Shown one piece after another: positions 62,903-64,000 of a stretch of 64,000 bases of DNA. A model generated the notes under the pieces. That model saw only the letters and a program-made list of their open reading frames with translations. It was not told the origin of the DNA and did no database searches. Within the stretch, counting starts at the first letter, position 1. Each line of letters starts with the position of its first letter. The stretch spans positions 149,174,001-149,238,000 of the forward strand of contig CM059432.1 of the NCBI GenBank assembly GCA_030390025.1, written 5' to 3'. A program made the translations under genes and the position numbers. The DNA is from Squalus acanthias (Eukaryota).

Positions 62903-64000
62903 ATGGCAGTGCAGGTGATGTGCCACAACTGCAGCATGTGGGAGTTTGTGGAGAGCATTGTGATCCTGGACAACCACGCTTTTGCAGTAAGTTCCTGCAT
63001 CTTGAGGAACTTCAGCTCAGAGTTTTTGAACTGGAGTCTGAGGTGCAGACATTGCGGGGCATCAGGGATGGGGAGAGTTACCTGGACACTTTGATCCAGG
63101 AGGCAGTCACACCCCTTAGGTTAGGTAGTGGTACAGATCTGGTTTGTGGTCAGGGACAGGAGGGTGTGACTGTGACTCAGGCAAGTAAGGGGACCTCAGG
63201 AACAGTGCTGGAGGAGCCTCAGCCTTTGCCCTTGTCCAACAGGTATGAGGTTCTTGCTACCTGTGTGGATGAGGGAAAAGCCTGCAGGATGGATGAGCAA
63301 GCTGACCATGGCACCACGATGCAGGAGACCATTCAAGTGGGAGGAGCGAAAGGGAATGGAGTTGTGGTAGGGGACATTATAGTCAGGGGGATAGATACTG
63401 TTCTCTGCAGCTGCGACCGAGAGTTCCGAAGGTTGTGTTGCCTGCCCGGTGCCAAGGTTAAAGACATCTCCTCACTGTTGGAGGGCGAGGGGGAGGATCC
63501 AGTTGTCGTGGTCCACGTAGGAACCAACGACATAGGTAGAACTAGGAATGAGGTTCTGCTGAGGGAGTTTGAGGAGCTAGGATCCAAATTGAAGAGCAGA
63601 ACCTCAAAGGTAATAATCTCTGGATTGTTAACTGAGCCACGCGCAAATTGGCATAGGGACAAACAGATTAGAGGTTTAAATGCGTGGCTCAAAGAGTGGT
63701 GTGGGAGGAAGGGGTTTCAGTTCATGGGGCACTGGCACCAGTACTGGCGAAAGAGGGAGCTGTTCCATTGGGACGGGCTCCACTTAGAGCGGGCTGAGAC
63801 CAGTGTCCTGGCGAACCGAATAATTAGGGCAGTAGACAGGACATTAAACTAATGAAGGGAGGTGGGAGGATTCAGGAAAGAGTAAATTTTAAAGCAGCGA
63901 GATGCCCCTATTCAAGAAAGGAGGGAGATAGAAAGTAGGAAACTATAGGCCAGTTAGCCTAACATCTATCATTGGGAAAATGCTGGAATCCATTATTAAG
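62903..64000 (+). mobile_element. CR1 LINE ORF1 (Cys motif, coiled coil, SGNH esterase), frameshifted, followed by an ORF2 fragment
   Basis: CHNCSMWE; LSNRYEVL, VVGD(I)I, CLPGA, HVGTND, DGLH; 63901-64000 reads PLFKKG..NYRPVSLTS..GKMLESII. Confidence 0.9.

Overview
Vertebrate genomic DNA, most likely a cartilaginous fish: the repeats include Deu-domain tRNA-SINEs, esterase-type CR1 LINEs, L2 LINEs and Penelope-like pLTR fragments. The whole window lies inside one + strand gene, LRRFIP2. Fifteen internal coding exons (86 to 62279) can be read with canonical AG/GT ends, and every intron between them is phase 0. The start and stop codons lie outside the window. The introns hold decayed and nested retroelements, an internally deleted Harbinger transposon, a hAT-like non-autonomous element carrying a 35 x 34-bp minisatellite, and microsatellites. 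The most notable signal is two families of short non-coding Penelope-like insertions. They carry minimal type I hammerhead ribozyme motifs, and three copies have 13-14-bp target-site duplications. One copy forms a perfect 85-bp hairpin, and both intact ribozyme cores are antisense to the host gene. Other points are a candidate unannotated 87-nt phase-0 exon, RBFOX-type TGCATG motifs behind the cassette exons, tandem splice donors, and an unclassified 982-bp insertion with a 6-bp TSD. Family names come from recalled motifs, not database searches. Repeat boundaries are approximate unless a TSD is given.
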